A stretch of DNA of 64,000 nt from Planctomycetota bacterium. Its GTDB lineage: Bacteria > Planctomycetota > UBA8108 > SXIK01. Both the position numbers and the translations under genes were made by a program. Where the stretch lies: NCBI GenBank assembly GCA_965223845.1, contig CBDCXR010000004.1, forward strand, positions 1,664,001 to 1,728,000. Direction: 5' to 3'. A model generated the notes under the pieces. That model made no database searches and was not told where the DNA came from. It saw nothing but the letters and a program-made list of their open reading frames with translations. Below, piece after piece: positions 1 through 9,828 of this stretch (its first letter is position 1; the number at the start of each line of letters is the position of its first letter).

Positions 1-262
1 GAAACGCACGCTCGAGGCGAACTCGAAGAAGACCTACCGGAAGGACCTAGCCAAGGAGCTGAAGGAAGTCCGCGAGACCGAGATGTGGAAGATCGGGTCG
101 GTTCTTCGTGAGCTCCGGCCGGAGCGGCAGGCCGACGCGAATGGCACCGGCGGAAAAAAGAAGAAATCTACGCGCAAGACGAAGAAGAAGACAGCGACGA
201 AGAAGGTCGCGCGAAAGAAGACGGCGAAGAAGAAGGTAGGGGCTCGCCGGTCAAAGCGCTGA
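1..262 (+). CDS. ilvC: Ketol-acid reductoisomerase, C-terminal fragment (5'-truncated by window edge), with Lys/Arg-rich tail
   Basis: Not in the ORF track. Frame 2 reads KRTLEANSKKTYRKDLAKELKEVRETEMWKIGSVLRELRPER..., matching the NS..YR..L..EL..(I/V)R..E(M/I)W..G..(V/L)R.LRPE C-terminus of Ilv5/Bacteroidetes-type KARI; TGA at 260-262. Confidence 0.8.
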   Translation, partial: KRTLEANSKKTYRKDLAKELKEVRETEMWKIGSVLRELRPERQADANGTGGKKKKSTRKTKKKTATKKVARKKTAKKKVGARRSKR

Positions 263-309
263 AGATCCGCGCGGCGCCGCCGAACACCGAGCCCGCCGTT
301 TTCAGTGCC

Positions 310-2616
310 TCAGCTCTTCCCCGTGAGGTCCCCTGATCCGTCGTCGTGCCCATCGTCGATCGGGCTCGTGCTCCGTGCGGTCGCTCCCTGCCGCCCCCCG
401 AGGAACCGCTCGATGATCGGCGGCAAGAGGAACAGATCACCGACGAGAGCGGTGACGACGATGGTGGTCAGAATGATGCCGACGTCGAACATCGACCGGA
501 AGCTCGTCGCGAGATAGCAGAGCGCGCCGGCGGTGAGGAGAGCGGACGTAAGAACGATGACTCGCCCGGTCGTGCGGAGCGTCCGGGCGAGGGCGTCGCG
601 GACGGACCCGTTTGGATCTCGTTTTCTCTCTTCGCGAAATCGAGTGAGGAAGTGGATCGTATCGTCGACGGCCAGACCGAGCCCGAGGCTGTAGATCATC
701 ACGATTCCGACGCGGAGCGGAATCCCGAGCCAGCCGGTCAGGCCGAACGCCATTAGGAGCGGGAACACGTTCGGTAGCATCGAGAGAAGGCCGACGCGGA
801 GCGATCGATAGATGAGGGCACTGAAGAGTGTGATCGCGATGAGCGAGAGGACGAAGCTTCGGACCATCGTCGTCACCACGAGCTCGGCGCTCTCGAACGC
901 GACGAGAAGCGTGCCGGTCGGTTCGGCGCGAACGTTCGGGGGGAGATCGGCGATGGCGAGCTCGAGCTCTTCCTTCACCTTCGTGAGAGTGCGCGTGCCG
1001 AGATCCCGAGTCCGGAACTCGATGCGGCCGATCGTGAAGTCCTCGTCCACGACGTGGTGCGGGAACGCCCCGCTGATGGAGTCGAGGGAAGTGACGGCGC
1101 TTTCGATGTCCTCCGCGTCGAGCGGCCCGGTGGCGCCGAGAATCTCGTAGATCCAATCCGTGTACGACTCGGCCACGGTGATCCCTCCGCGACCGACGAA
1201 CGCGGTCTGGAGTCGGTCGATCGCCGCCACGACCTCGGGCGCGAGAAGCTCGCCTTCGATCCGCACCTCGAGCGGGAGGATCCCACCGAAGTTCTCCTCG
1301 AACCACTGAAGGTCGTGAACCGCGCTATGGTCGTCGGGGAGCTCTTCGAGCCAGCGCGAATCGACTCGCAACATCAGCACCCCCGAGAACGCGAGTGCCG
1401 TGAGCACGAGTCCGAGCGTCAGCGTCGGCCAAAATCGGCCAATGCCTACGCTTGTCACCCAGCGCAGCCCTTCGCGGCTCGGGCGTCGAGCGGGCCAAAG
1501 AGCGAGGAGGACGGGCAGGAGAACGATCACCGTCCCGAACGTGACGAACACCGCGATCGCAGCGCGCACGGCGAACTCTCGCACCGCCGGGTGGTCACCG
1601 GCGATCAGCGAGAAGAATCCGACACCCGTCGTGAACGACGTGTAGAAGCACGCGAGTCCCACGCGTTCGGTCATCCGAAGGATCGCCTCGTTCCAGTCGT
1701 CGCCGGCGCGTAAGGCTTCTTCGAAACGCTGGAACATGTGAGCGCTGTCGCAGAGCCCGAGAATCACGATGAGGCCCGGGACAGCCGTTCCGAGGAGCGT
1801 GATCGGCCAGTCGAAAAGCACCATCAGACCGAGATTGAAGATCACGGCGGCGAGCGTCGCGACGAGTGGGATGAGACTCCCACGCAGGCTGCGAAAGAGA
1901 AACGGCAGGAGAAGGCCGAGCACGATGGACTCGAGGACGACGGTCTGCGTGGTGTCGTGCACGATGAAATCGCGCATCGCGCCCTCGACGAAGTCGGGAC
2001 CGACGAAGTGAGGAGCCGCCTCTGCGCCGCAGATCCGCGTGACGAGCTCCGTAAAGCGCGCGCGGACGGTTTCGTGGGCGACTCGCGTGTTGAACGTGAC
2101 CGTGGCTCCGCGCCCGTCGAGCGAGATCAGTCGGCCGACGAGGAGTCGATGCTCGAGCGCGACGTCGAGGGCAGTTCCGTCTCCTACGAGCTCGGGAAAC
2201 GGATGGAGCTCGGGAAACGGACGACGGGTGTCGAGCGTTTGGAGCCGAGCGAGCGACATCGCGTCGGCGTAGCCGAGTTCCGTCTCGACCGCGGTGGTGA
2301 GCGCCTCTAGGTCCTGCAGCTCGGCGGCACGAATGCGCCGAGGCCATTCGACGCTCGCGATGACGCGGCGATCCTGGACTTCGATCTCTTCGTAGAGTTC
2401 GGCCGTGCGACGGAGTCCTTCCTCGTCGGCGCGGAGGATCGGATCGAGCGAGAGGTCGAGCTCGACGTGTCGCAGATTCCAGGCGCACGTCGCGACGAGC
2501 GCGAGCGCGGCGAGGCCGACGGGGATCCGCCAACGAATGAGGAAGGATGCGAAGCGCCGGATCACGGCAAACGCGCGAGCGAGGTTCGCGCGACCGAGGG
2601 GGGGGAGAGGATCCAC
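310..2616 (-). CDS. MMPL/RND-family membrane transporter
   Basis: 768 aa; two repeats of TM + extracytoplasmic domain + 5 TM; GLCDSAH and GLAVDDTIHFLTRF motifs. Confidence 0.9.
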   Translation of the reverse strand: MDPLPPLGRANLARAFAVIRRFASFLIRWRIPVGLAALALVATCAWNLRHVELDLSLDPILRADEEGLRRTAELYEEIEVQDRRVIASVEWPRRIRAAELQDLEALTTAVETELGYADAMSLARLQTLDTRRPFPELHPFPELVGDGTALDVALEHRLLVGRLISLDGRGATVTFNTRVAHETVRARFTELVTRICGAEAAPHFVGPDFVEGAMRDFIVHDTTQTVVLESIVLGLLLPFLFRSLRGSLIPLVATLAAVIFNLGLMVLFDWPITLLGTAVPGLIVILGLCDSAHMFQRFEEALRAGDDWNEAILRMTERVGLACFYTSFTTGVGFFSLIAGDHPAVREFAVRAAIAVFVTFGTVIVLLPVLLALWPARRPSREGLRWVTSVGIGRFWPTLTLGLVLTALAFSGVLMLRVDSRWLEELPDDHSAVHDLQWFEENFGGILPLEVRIEGELLAPEVVAAIDRLQTAFVGRGGITVAESYTDWIYEILGATGPLDAEDIESAVTSLDSISGAFPHHVVDEDFTIGRIEFRTRDLGTRTLTKVKEELELAIADLPPNVRAEPTGTLLVAFESAELVVTTMVRSFVLSLIAITLFSALIYRSLRVGLLSMLPNVFPLLMAFGLTGWLGIPLRVGIVMIYSLGLGLAVDDTIHFLTRFREERKRDPNGSVRDALARTLRTTGRVIVLTSALLTAGALCYLATSFRSMFDVGIILTTIVVTALVGDLFLLPPIIERFLGGRQGATARSTSPIDDGHDDGSGDLTGKS

Positions 2617-2721
2617 CGTGCGCCGCTCAGTCCGCGACGCGTCGCGTCAGTCTCGATTCGGTGACTCTCCGCGTCAAGCGCATCCCTCTCGCGGTGGGCG
2701 CGACGATCGGTCGCACGCGGA

Positions 2722-4920
2722 CTACCCGTCCTGGGCCGGCCCTCCCACGGTCGTTTCGTAGCGAACCCCTTCGGGTACGGGCACCGGAACGCGTACGGTG
2801 ATCCCGTGATCGCCTTCCGTCCGGCGCGAGCCGTCGACGGCGACGAACGAGGTGAAGGCCGAGATCAGGTTGAATTCGAGCGCGAGGCGGGTCGCATCGC
2901 CGGTGATCGACCGAGACCCCTCGGCGAGGGCGCGGGTCATGAGGGTCGCGAGCTTCCCGCGAGCCCAGACGCTAGGGATGGCCGGGTGAGATCCGACGGT
3001 GTCGGCAGCGACCCGAAACGGGAGCACGATCTCGGTGTCTCCCGATATCCCGCGCAATCGAATCGTTCCTGTTTCGCCGCGAAAGCGCCCCGTAACGAGG
3101 AGAGGGCGGCCGACAAAGACGTCGCGGAGACGGCCGGGCTGCACTTCCGTGAGCTCGAGTCCGTCGGCCTCGAGAGCGAGGTCGAGGAGGGCGGGGTAGC
3201 GGACGCGCTCGTAGAACCTTTCGACCGCTTTCACCGGACTGTCGTCGAGTCCGACGTAGGCGACCGCCCCGCGGCCGATCGAGGCGAGATTTCCGAGGAG
3301 ATAGCGGTTGACGGACGATCCGACTCCAAATGAGAAGATCCGCGTCCTCCCGATGGAGCGGTGGACCTCGGCGAGGATCTCCGCCTCGTTCCCGATGTAG
3401 CCGTCGGTCAGGAACGAGACCAGTCGGTGTCGTTCGGGATCGACCGGAAAGCCGAGCGCGGCGCGAATCCCTTCGATCATCATCGTTCCACCATCGGCTT
3501 CGAGCGATCGGACGTAATCGATGCCGCGGCGGATGTTCGTCGGTGTTGCCGCAATCGGCTCCGGGCCGAGGGTGGTCGCCCCGAGAGAGAAGCGGATGAC
3601 CTGAAACGTGTCGCTCGGACCGAGGAGCTTGAGCGCGTGAACGACGGCGCGCTTCGCTCTCTCTATGGGGAGTCCGCTCATGCTCCCCGAACAGTCGAGA
3701 ACGAACACCATCTCCATCGGCGCGCGCGGAAGTGACGTGACGCTGCGCGGCGCGTAGGCCATCAGCGAGAAGAACCCGCCTCGCTCGTCGCGGTGAACGA
3801 GTAGATTGGCTTTCAGTCGTTCGCCGACGACGCGGTAACGGAGGACGAAGTCCCGGTTGGGAATTCGATCGGACGGGTTGAGCTCGACGACGGCCCGACT
3901 CGAGCTCGGACGAGTGACGCTCACCGCGTGCGTAGTCGATTCCAGCGCTTCGATTTGGACGCCGGCGTCGAGCTCGACTCGGAGCGAGATGTCGTGCCCG
4001 CTCCGCTCGTCGGGGCTCAGGTACGAGACCGTGGTCGCCTGGCCGCTCGGACCGGTGTGCGTGCGCGGAACGGCCGCTACTCCATCGGACGAGCACGGCG
4101 GATTGAATCGGGGGCCGATCACCATCGGAAAGACGAACTCGTACGAATCGTCGCGGTAGGGGAGCGTGTGGAAGTAAGTGATATCGACCGAGATCTCCTT
4201 TCCCGGTTCGATGTTCGCAACGAGTTGCCTAAAGATGTTCGGACGCTCCTGCGAGAGGAGCGTCGCGGTGTGCCCTCGAGCGCGGGCGGCGTCGTAGATC
4301 CTCTTCGCCTCCTCGCGTTTTCGAATGATCCCTCGAATCCGGCGCTCCCCGATCACCATCACGAAATCGTTCACCGCCGCATCGGTCGGCAGAGGAAAGA
4401 GGTACTCTGCTTCGATCTTGGTGTCGAAGGGGTTGCGAAACCGTTGCTCGACCTCGACGGACGCTACGTACCCGCTCACCTTCGCTTGGACGTCCGTGTG
4501 CTCGAGCGGAATCGGAACAAGCCGAGGGGCTCGCTCCGTTCGAGCGACGAGAGCTCCACATCCGGGTGGATGGCGGAGGAGATCGAGGTCATGCGCTCGG
4601 TCGGTCCCTCGGCTTCCGGGCGGGCCTGAGCGCTCCGTCTCGGATTCTGCACCTGAGGTTACGTCTTTCGGTAGATCCAGGAAGCCGCGAGAACGATTCC
4701 CGTCGCCTGAGAACTCGAAGCGTTCAAACCCTAGGACCGGCGGCGAACTCGCTGAACCGTCGAGCTGCGCCTCCCGTGCGACGATGAGGTACTCGTCGAA
4801 GTCGGCGTAACCGCTGTCGGGGCTGAGTACGGCCGGCTCGCGAGCGACGTTGCTGCACGCGACAACGAGCGCCGTGACGGCGACGGCGATTCCGAAGGTC
4901 CACGGTACGGTGCGCATCAT
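2722..4920 (-). CDS. VIT + von Willebrand factor A domain lipoprotein (inter-alpha-trypsin-inhibitor-like)
   Basis: Lipobox LVVAC; VIT motif (V.QRFRNP...EAEYLFPLP..AAV..F); vWA MIDAS DCSGSM, GGT and FLTDG. Confidence 0.9.
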   Translation of the reverse strand: MMRTVPWTFGIAVAVTALVVACSNVAREPAVLSPDSGYADFDEYLIVAREAQLDGSASSPPVLGFERFEFSGDGNRSRGFLDLPKDVTSGAESETERSGPPGSRGTDRAHDLDLLRHPPGCGALVARTERAPRLVPIPLEHTDVQAKVSGYVASVEVEQRFRNPFDTKIEAEYLFPLPTDAAVNDFVMVIGERRIRGIIRKREEAKRIYDAARARGHTATLLSQERPNIFRQLVANIEPGKEISVDITYFHTLPYRDDSYEFVFPMVIGPRFNPPCSSDGVAAVPRTHTGPSGQATTVSYLSPDERSGHDISLRVELDAGVQIEALESTTHAVSVTRPSSSRAVVELNPSDRIPNRDFVLRYRVVGERLKANLLVHRDERGGFFSLMAYAPRSVTSLPRAPMEMVFVLDCSGSMSGLPIERAKRAVVHALKLLGPSDTFQVIRFSLGATTLGPEPIAATPTNIRRGIDYVRSLEADGGTMMIEGIRAALGFPVDPERHRLVSFLTDGYIGNEAEILAEVHRSIGRTRIFSFGVGSSVNRYLLGNLASIGRGAVAYVGLDDSPVKAVERFYERVRYPALLDLALEADGLELTEVQPGRLRDVFVGRPLLVTGRFRGETGTIRLRGISGDTEIVLPFRVAADTVGSHPAIPSVWARGKLATLMTRALAEGSRSITGDATRLALEFNLISAFTSFVAVDGSRRTEGDHGITVRVPVPVPEGVRYETTVGGPAQDG

Positions 4921-5477
4921 TCTTTCGGCTCCTGAGCAGCGCGTTGGCTTGTTTCTTCGGCCGGTGGGGCAGTTCGAGAAGGATTCGTCGAGAAGACCCT
5001 AGCCCCGACGCGATTTCCGTTCGCATCCGAGGCTGTGATCAGAGTCGTTACGAGCTCGAGCTCTCCGTCGCTCTCGACCATCCAATGAAGAGTGGCGACG
5101 TGCGTAGAACGAACCGGAAGGTCCTCCGCGAGCGAATAGGCCGCGACGATGGCGCGTCCGCTCCGGAGCGCTTCGGGATCGTAGTAGGGTGGCTGCGAAA
5201 ACGCGGGGTGCGTGCCTCCTTCGATCCCGACGAGGGTGGCGCTCTCCGAGGGATCGAGGACGGAGAACTGATAGGCCGCGAGCGCGCTTCCCTGCGGATC
5301 GACGTGCACGGTGCGCGTTTCGAACCGCACCGCCCGTTTCGGGGCTTCTTGGCCGATCGTCGTCGCGAGCTGCGCGAACGCGAGCACTCCGACCACCGCC
5401 ACCGTTCGTCGCAGCTCTCCCCGGAGCGAATCCCGGTGAACTCTCGAAGTCGTACGCCCGTTTGTCATCTTGATCAC
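4917..5477 (-). CDS. Exported hypothetical protein, putative cohesin-like beta-sandwich
   Basis: Hydrophobic signal/TM segment followed by a beta-strand pattern (VHVD..LAAYQF.V...VATLHW.V...ASDANG); 4-bp overlaps with both neighbours. Confidence 0.6.
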   Translation of the reverse strand: MIKMTNGRTTSRVHRDSLRGELRRTVAVVGVLAFAQLATTIGQEAPKRAVRFETRTVHVDPQGSALAAYQFSVLDPSESATLVGIEGGTHPAFSQPPYYDPEALRSGRAIVAAYSLAEDLPVRSTHVATLHWMVESDGELELVTTLITASDANGNRVGARVFSTNPSRTAPPAEETSQRAAQEPKE

Positions 5478-5929
5478 CGAAGCTGTACCGCGAGGGCGGC
5501 GACGCGGTCGACGTCGCCTTGATCCACGTCGCCGTCACGGTCGAGATCGAGGGCGCTCGGCGCGCGCCCCGCCTCCACGGCTCGCGCGAGAAGGAGAGCA
5601 TCGACAATGTCGACGCGGCCGCTTCTGTCCACGTCCGGTCCGGTCGCCGCGTCGATCGATACCGAGGCGGGAGCCCGCCCGTCACGGCCCCCGGGAGCGA
5701 AAGAGAGCACCGAGGCGAACGCGATCGCGGCCGCCGCGGCCGACACGCGGATGAGAATTCTCCGCCGACGGATCCGACCGAGCCGGAGCCTACCGAACGC
5801 GATCACCGCGTCGTCGACGTCCCCCGGGATCTCGATGCGAGAGCCGACCGACTGTCGTAAGTCCCGACGAAACTGCTCGTTGGGGTCTCTCTGGGGCGCG
5901 TTGTCCGCGTCGGATTCCGCTTTGCTCAT
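5474..5929 (-). CDS. Putative anti-sigma factor with single TM and C-terminal dockerin-like domain
   Basis: Directly downstream of the ECF gene; about 55-aa N-terminal domain, basic patch, TM, then two Ca-binding loops DVDRSGRVDIVD and DLDRDGDVDQGD. Confidence 0.7.
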   Translation of the reverse strand: MSKAESDADNAPQRDPNEQFRRDLRQSVGSRIEIPGDVDDAVIAFGRLRLGRIRRRRILIRVSAAAAAIAFASVLSFAPGGRDGRAPASVSIDAATGPDVDRSGRVDIVDALLLARAVEAGRAPSALDLDRDGDVDQGDVDRVAALAVQLR

Positions 5930-5935
5930 GCAAAT

Positions 5936-5963
5936 GAAGCGCACCGGCGGACGAAAAGGTTCA
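5936..5963 (-). promoter_or_regulatory. Putative ECF-type promoter (TGAACC-N16-CGCTTC) upstream of the anti-sigma gene
   Basis: Minus strand reads TGAACC TTTTCGTCCGCCGGTG CGCTTC ATTTGC ATG; AAC-containing -35 followed by a T-tract is typical of ECF promoters. Confidence 0.4.
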
Positions 5964-5992
5964 TGGATTCTGACGGTCGAGCGAATGGCACC

Positions 5993-6553
5993 TCAATCGA
6001 AGAAGTACCGCCGCGTCCGCGGATCCTCGCGCAGCCGCTTGAGGGCGTGGTGGATTCGCGACTTGACCGTTCCGATCGGAACGTCGAGTGCAGAGGAGAT
6101 CTCCTCGAGAGTAAAGTCTTCCGCAAATCGTAGGTGGATGACTTCGGCCTGCTCCTTCGGAAGCAGCGCGAGCACCGCAGTGAGAGGGGCGTCGACGTGT
6201 CGTCCGGGCGGCGCGACCGAGTGATCGGGAACGGCCTCCGCCGCATCGGGTTCGGCCGTGAGTCGCGCCCTTCGCCGCACGGTGCTCAGGGACGTATTGC
6301 GAACGACGGGATAGAGAAACGTCGTCATCTTCGCGGTGAGCTCGAAGCCCGGAAACTTCCCGAGCACGTAGCGAAACACGTCTTGAAGTGCGTCGAGCGC
6401 GTCTTCGCGGTGCCCGGTGAATCGGAACGCGAGATCGACGACCCACCGGCGGTAGCGCAGGTAGAGAATCCGGAATGCCTCGTCGTCGCCATCGTTGATA
6501 CGCGCGATGAGCTCCTTGTCGGAAAGTCCGTCGAGTGGCGCGCCTCGTCTCAT
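5993..6553 (-). CDS. ECF RNA polymerase sigma-70 factor
   Basis: SDKELI...AF..LY..Y, DALDALQDVF, and region 4 EISSALDVPIGTVKSRIHHA; start moved to the ATG at 6553. Confidence 0.93.
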   Translation of the reverse strand: MRRGAPLDGLSDKELIARINDGDDEAFRILYLRYRRWVVDLAFRFTGHREDALDALQDVFRYVLGKFPGFELTAKMTTFLYPVVRNTSLSTVRRRARLTAEPDAAEAVPDHSVAPPGRHVDAPLTAVLALLPKEQAEVIHLRFAEDFTLEEISSALDVPIGTVKSRIHHALKRLREDPRTRRYFFD

Positions 6554-6624
6554 GTCGGGATCATGACGAGTGGGCGAGGCGGCTGCAACGCCTTCGATCT
6601 CGTCGACCCGAAGCGCGAGAAGGC

Positions 6625-8424
6625 TTAACGACCGAGCGCGCTTCCGGATCCACGCTCCAGCCGGTGGTAGCGACCGAGCGGCAGGCCGCGAAACTCTTCG
6701 CGCATCCCGTCGGGCCACCGAACGCGAAGCCACTCGAACTCTCCGGTCGCACCGAGCCCGATGACTCGGCGGTGGTCGTTCACCGCGAGGTAGCTCGCCG
6801 CCGTTCTCAGTTCGAGGGGAATGGGCGATCGGCGAGTCGAGATCTTGACGTCGATTCGAGCTCCGTACGCGTCTCGATTGGACGGTCCTCCGCCGACGAA
6901 CTCGAAGCCGATCCATCGGCTCTTCGGAGCACTGCGATTCTCGAGGAGGACGCTCGGTGAATCATTGTTGACGACGAAGATGTCCGTGTCGCCGTCGTTG
7001 TCGTAGTCGGCGAAGGCCGCACCACGACCGACGGTTCGTCGCTGGAACCACGATCCGGAGGTGGCGGACACATCGCTGAACTTACCGCGACCATCGTTGG
7101 TGAAGAGTTGATCCGGCTGCCGGTAACGCATTCGCGTGCCGGGATGGAGCTTCTCGACATTGTCGAGGATATGTCCGCGTGCGACGTAGAGATCGAGGTC
7201 GCCATCGAGATCGTAGTCGAAGAGCTTGACGCCGAATCCGAGGGGAATGAACGTCGGCTCGGAGAGACCCGAGCGCGGAGTTCCGTCGTCGAAGAATCCG
7301 TCTCCTTCGTTCAGGTAGAGCGTGTCCGTTTCCTCCGAGAAATTCGTGACGACGTAGTCGATGCGTCCGTCACCGTCGACATCGCCGCCGTCGATTCCCA
7401 TGCATGCTTCTGCGCGCGCACGTGCGTCGAGCGCGACGCCGGCCTCGAGCGCGGCGTCCTCGAAGCGCCTTCGACCCAGGTTTCTCCAGAGAAAGTTCGG
7501 CACGGAGTCGTTCGCGACAAAAACGTCGATCCTCCCGTCCTCATTGAAATCGGTCGGAAGTACGCCGAGTCCTTTAGAGAGAATGCGCCCGCGAACTCCC
7601 ACTCGCGCGAGCTTCGTAATGTCCTCGAACTTTCCGCCCCCTCGGTTCAGGTAGAGGGCGTCCGGAGCGCCGTCGAACTTGTTGGGGTGACAGTACGCCG
7701 GGAGATTCGCTTTGTTGCCAGTGCAGGCTTTGTGCACGCTCGGGTCGTAGAAGAGATAGTTCGCGACGTAGAGATCGAGCAGGCCGTCGCCATCGACGTC
7801 GAGAAAGCACGCGCTCGCGCTCCAGAGATTCCCCGCGGTTCCGGAGGTCGCGCTGGCGTCCCGGAACGTCCCGTCGCCCTGGTTTTCGTAGAGGACATTC
7901 GGTCCGCAGTTCGTCACGTAGAGGTCGGTGTCGCCGTCATTGTCGAAGTCTCCGGCGGCGACGCCGCTGCCGTAGCGACGGTCTCCGACCCCCGCTTTCG
8001 CGGTGACGTCGACAAACTTGCCGTTCCCCAAGTTGCGAAACAGGCGGTTGCCGACCTGGCCGCGCGCGAACGACTTCGCCGAATCGTCGTGCCCCTGCAC
8101 GAGGTAGAGATCGAGGAGCCCGTCGCCGTCATAGTCGAACCAGCCGCACCCGCCGATCATGCTCTCGACGAGATGCTTGAGACCCTTTTCGGCACCGGTT
8201 CGGAGGCGAAAGTCGATTCCGGCTTCTCGGGTCCGCTCGACGAAGACATCGGCGGCCGAGCCCGCGACCGGAGAGAAACTCGCCGCGAAGGCGAGGGCGA
8301 CGACGAGCGCGCCAGCGGCTCGGCGCGGAGAAGTCAAGAACGGGTGAGAATCGATCACGACGCGATGGGGGTGAGGGTCAGGTTTGGGGCCAGTCCGTCT
8401 GCAGCGCTCGCTCGGAGGCGGCAT
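6625..8424 (-). CDS. CRTAC1-family protein (FG-GAP/VCBS repeats + ASPIC/UnbV)
   Basis: Repeated DYDGDGLLDLY / DFDNDGDTDLY motifs, RGAAFADYDNDGD, and C-terminal SNRDAYGARI...VRWPDG; start uncertain (8424 ATG or 8358 GTG). Confidence 0.9.
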   Translation of the reverse strand: MPPPSERCRRTGPKPDPHPHRVVIDSHPFLTSPRRAAGALVVALAFAASFSPVAGSAADVFVERTREAGIDFRLRTGAEKGLKHLVESMIGGCGWFDYDGDGLLDLYLVQGHDDSAKSFARGQVGNRLFRNLGNGKFVDVTAKAGVGDRRYGSGVAAGDFDNDGDTDLYVTNCGPNVLYENQGDGTFRDASATSGTAGNLWSASACFLDVDGDGLLDLYVANYLFYDPSVHKACTGNKANLPAYCHPNKFDGAPDALYLNRGGGKFEDITKLARVGVRGRILSKGLGVLPTDFNEDGRIDVFVANDSVPNFLWRNLGRRRFEDAALEAGVALDARARAEACMGIDGGDVDGDGRIDYVVTNFSEETDTLYLNEGDGFFDDGTPRSGLSEPTFIPLGFGVKLFDYDLDGDLDLYVARGHILDNVEKLHPGTRMRYRQPDQLFTNDGRGKFSDVSATSGSWFQRRTVGRGAAFADYDNDGDTDIFVVNNDSPSVLLENRSAPKSRWIGFEFVGGGPSNRDAYGARIDVKISTRRSPIPLELRTAASYLAVNDHRRVIGLGATGEFEWLRVRWPDGMREEFRGLPLGRYHRLERGSGSALGR

Positions 8425-8580
8425 CCGCGACCTTCGCTCCCCGCCTTTATACCACGGGCTGCCGCTCTTGATCCGTCGTTGCCGGTGCATCTTCCGCGAG
8501 ATACGATGGCGGGCTCGATCGCCGAAGCGTCGCAAGCGCGCGTCGATTCTCCAGAGGACTACATCGCGGGAGATCGCAGG

Positions 8581-9828
8581 ATGAGACCACTCGACAGGCG
8601 TAGCTTTCTTCGCCGAAGTGCCGGACTGGCGTCGGCGCTCGCTGTGCCGACCCTCAGCACGAAAGTGCTCGGAGCGAATCGCCGGATCCGCATGGGGATC
8701 ATCGGCGCCGGCGGGCAGGGGACGCACGATATGGGGGCGATCAAGGGAGTGAGTGGGGGCGTCGTCGAATACGTGGCCGTGTGTGACGTGTTCGCTCGCC
8801 ATCGCGAACGCGCCAAGAGAGCGCATGCGCCGGGGGCGGACGAATACAACGACTTTCGCGACGTGCTCGACCGGCGCGACATCGACGCGGTCAACATCGG
8901 TACTCCGGACCACTGGCACGCCCTGACGGCGGTCGCAGCGTGCGAGTCGGGAAAGGATGTCTACTGCCAGAAACCGCTCTCGCTCACGATCGCCGAAGGG
9001 CGCGCCATGGTGAACGCGGTGCGGCGTTACAACCGCGTCTTTCAGACGGGGAGTCAACAGCGCTCGGCGAACAACTTTCGCTACGCGTGTGAGCTCGTCC
9101 GAAACGGAAGAATCGGGAAGCTCACTCACATCGTGACGTCGGTCGGCCGGAACAACAAAGTCGGTTGGGAACCGGACACCGATCCCCCGGCGGGTCTCGA
9201 TTGGAATCTCTACCTCGGTCCCGCGCGCTGGGTTCCGTTCAACAAGCGGCGCTTCATCTGGGATTTTCGCTGGTTCTACGACTACTCGGGGGGAAATCTC
9301 ACCGATTGGGGGGCGCACCACAACGACATCGCCCAGTGGGGAATGGGAATGGATGAAAGCGGCCCGGTCGAGATCGACGGGTGGGGAGAGTTTCCGGATT
9401 CGGGCCTCATGGACACGCCGATTCGCTACCGCGTCAAGTACAAGTACGCGAGCGGGGTCGAGCTCGAGTGCAACAGCGAAGGAAACGCCTGCTGGTTCCA
9501 CGGCACTGAGGGCAAGATCTACGTCAATCGCGGTCGGCTGAGCTCGGAGCCTGGCGAGATCATTCAGGAGCCGATCGGAGACGACGAGATCCATCTCTAC
9601 GACAGCGCGAATCACTACCGCGACTTCGTCGATTGCCTCGAGTCGCGGAAGCGTCCGATCTGCGACGTCGAGACCGGCCATCGTTCGGTCTCGGTCTGTC
9701 ACCTCGGGAATATCTCGTTGAGGCTCGGCCGCCCGCTCAAGTGGGATCCCGCGAAAGAGCAGTTCATCGGCGATGAGGAAGCGAACCGCTGGGTCTCTCG
9801 GCCGATGCGAGCGCCGTGGCATCTTTGA
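8581..9828 (+). CDS. Gfo/Idh/MocA oxidoreductase, Tat-exported
   Basis: MRPLDRRSFL twin-Arg signal; GIIGAGGQG, TPDHWH, KDVYCQKP, QTGSQQRS, DWGAHH motifs. Confidence 0.95.
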   Translation: MRPLDRRSFLRRSAGLASALAVPTLSTKVLGANRRIRMGIIGAGGQGTHDMGAIKGVSGGVVEYVAVCDVFARHRERAKRAHAPGADEYNDFRDVLDRRDIDAVNIGTPDHWHALTAVAACESGKDVYCQKPLSLTIAEGRAMVNAVRRYNRVFQTGSQQRSANNFRYACELVRNGRIGKLTHIVTSVGRNNKVGWEPDTDPPAGLDWNLYLGPARWVPFNKRRFIWDFRWFYDYSGGNLTDWGAHHNDIAQWGMGMDESGPVEIDGWGEFPDSGLMDTPIRYRVKYKYASGVELECNSEGNACWFHGTEGKIYVNRGRLSSEPGEIIQEPIGDDEIHLYDSANHYRDFVDCLESRKRPICDVETGHRSVSVCHLGNISLRLGRPLKWDPAKEQFIGDEEANRWVSRPMRAPWHL

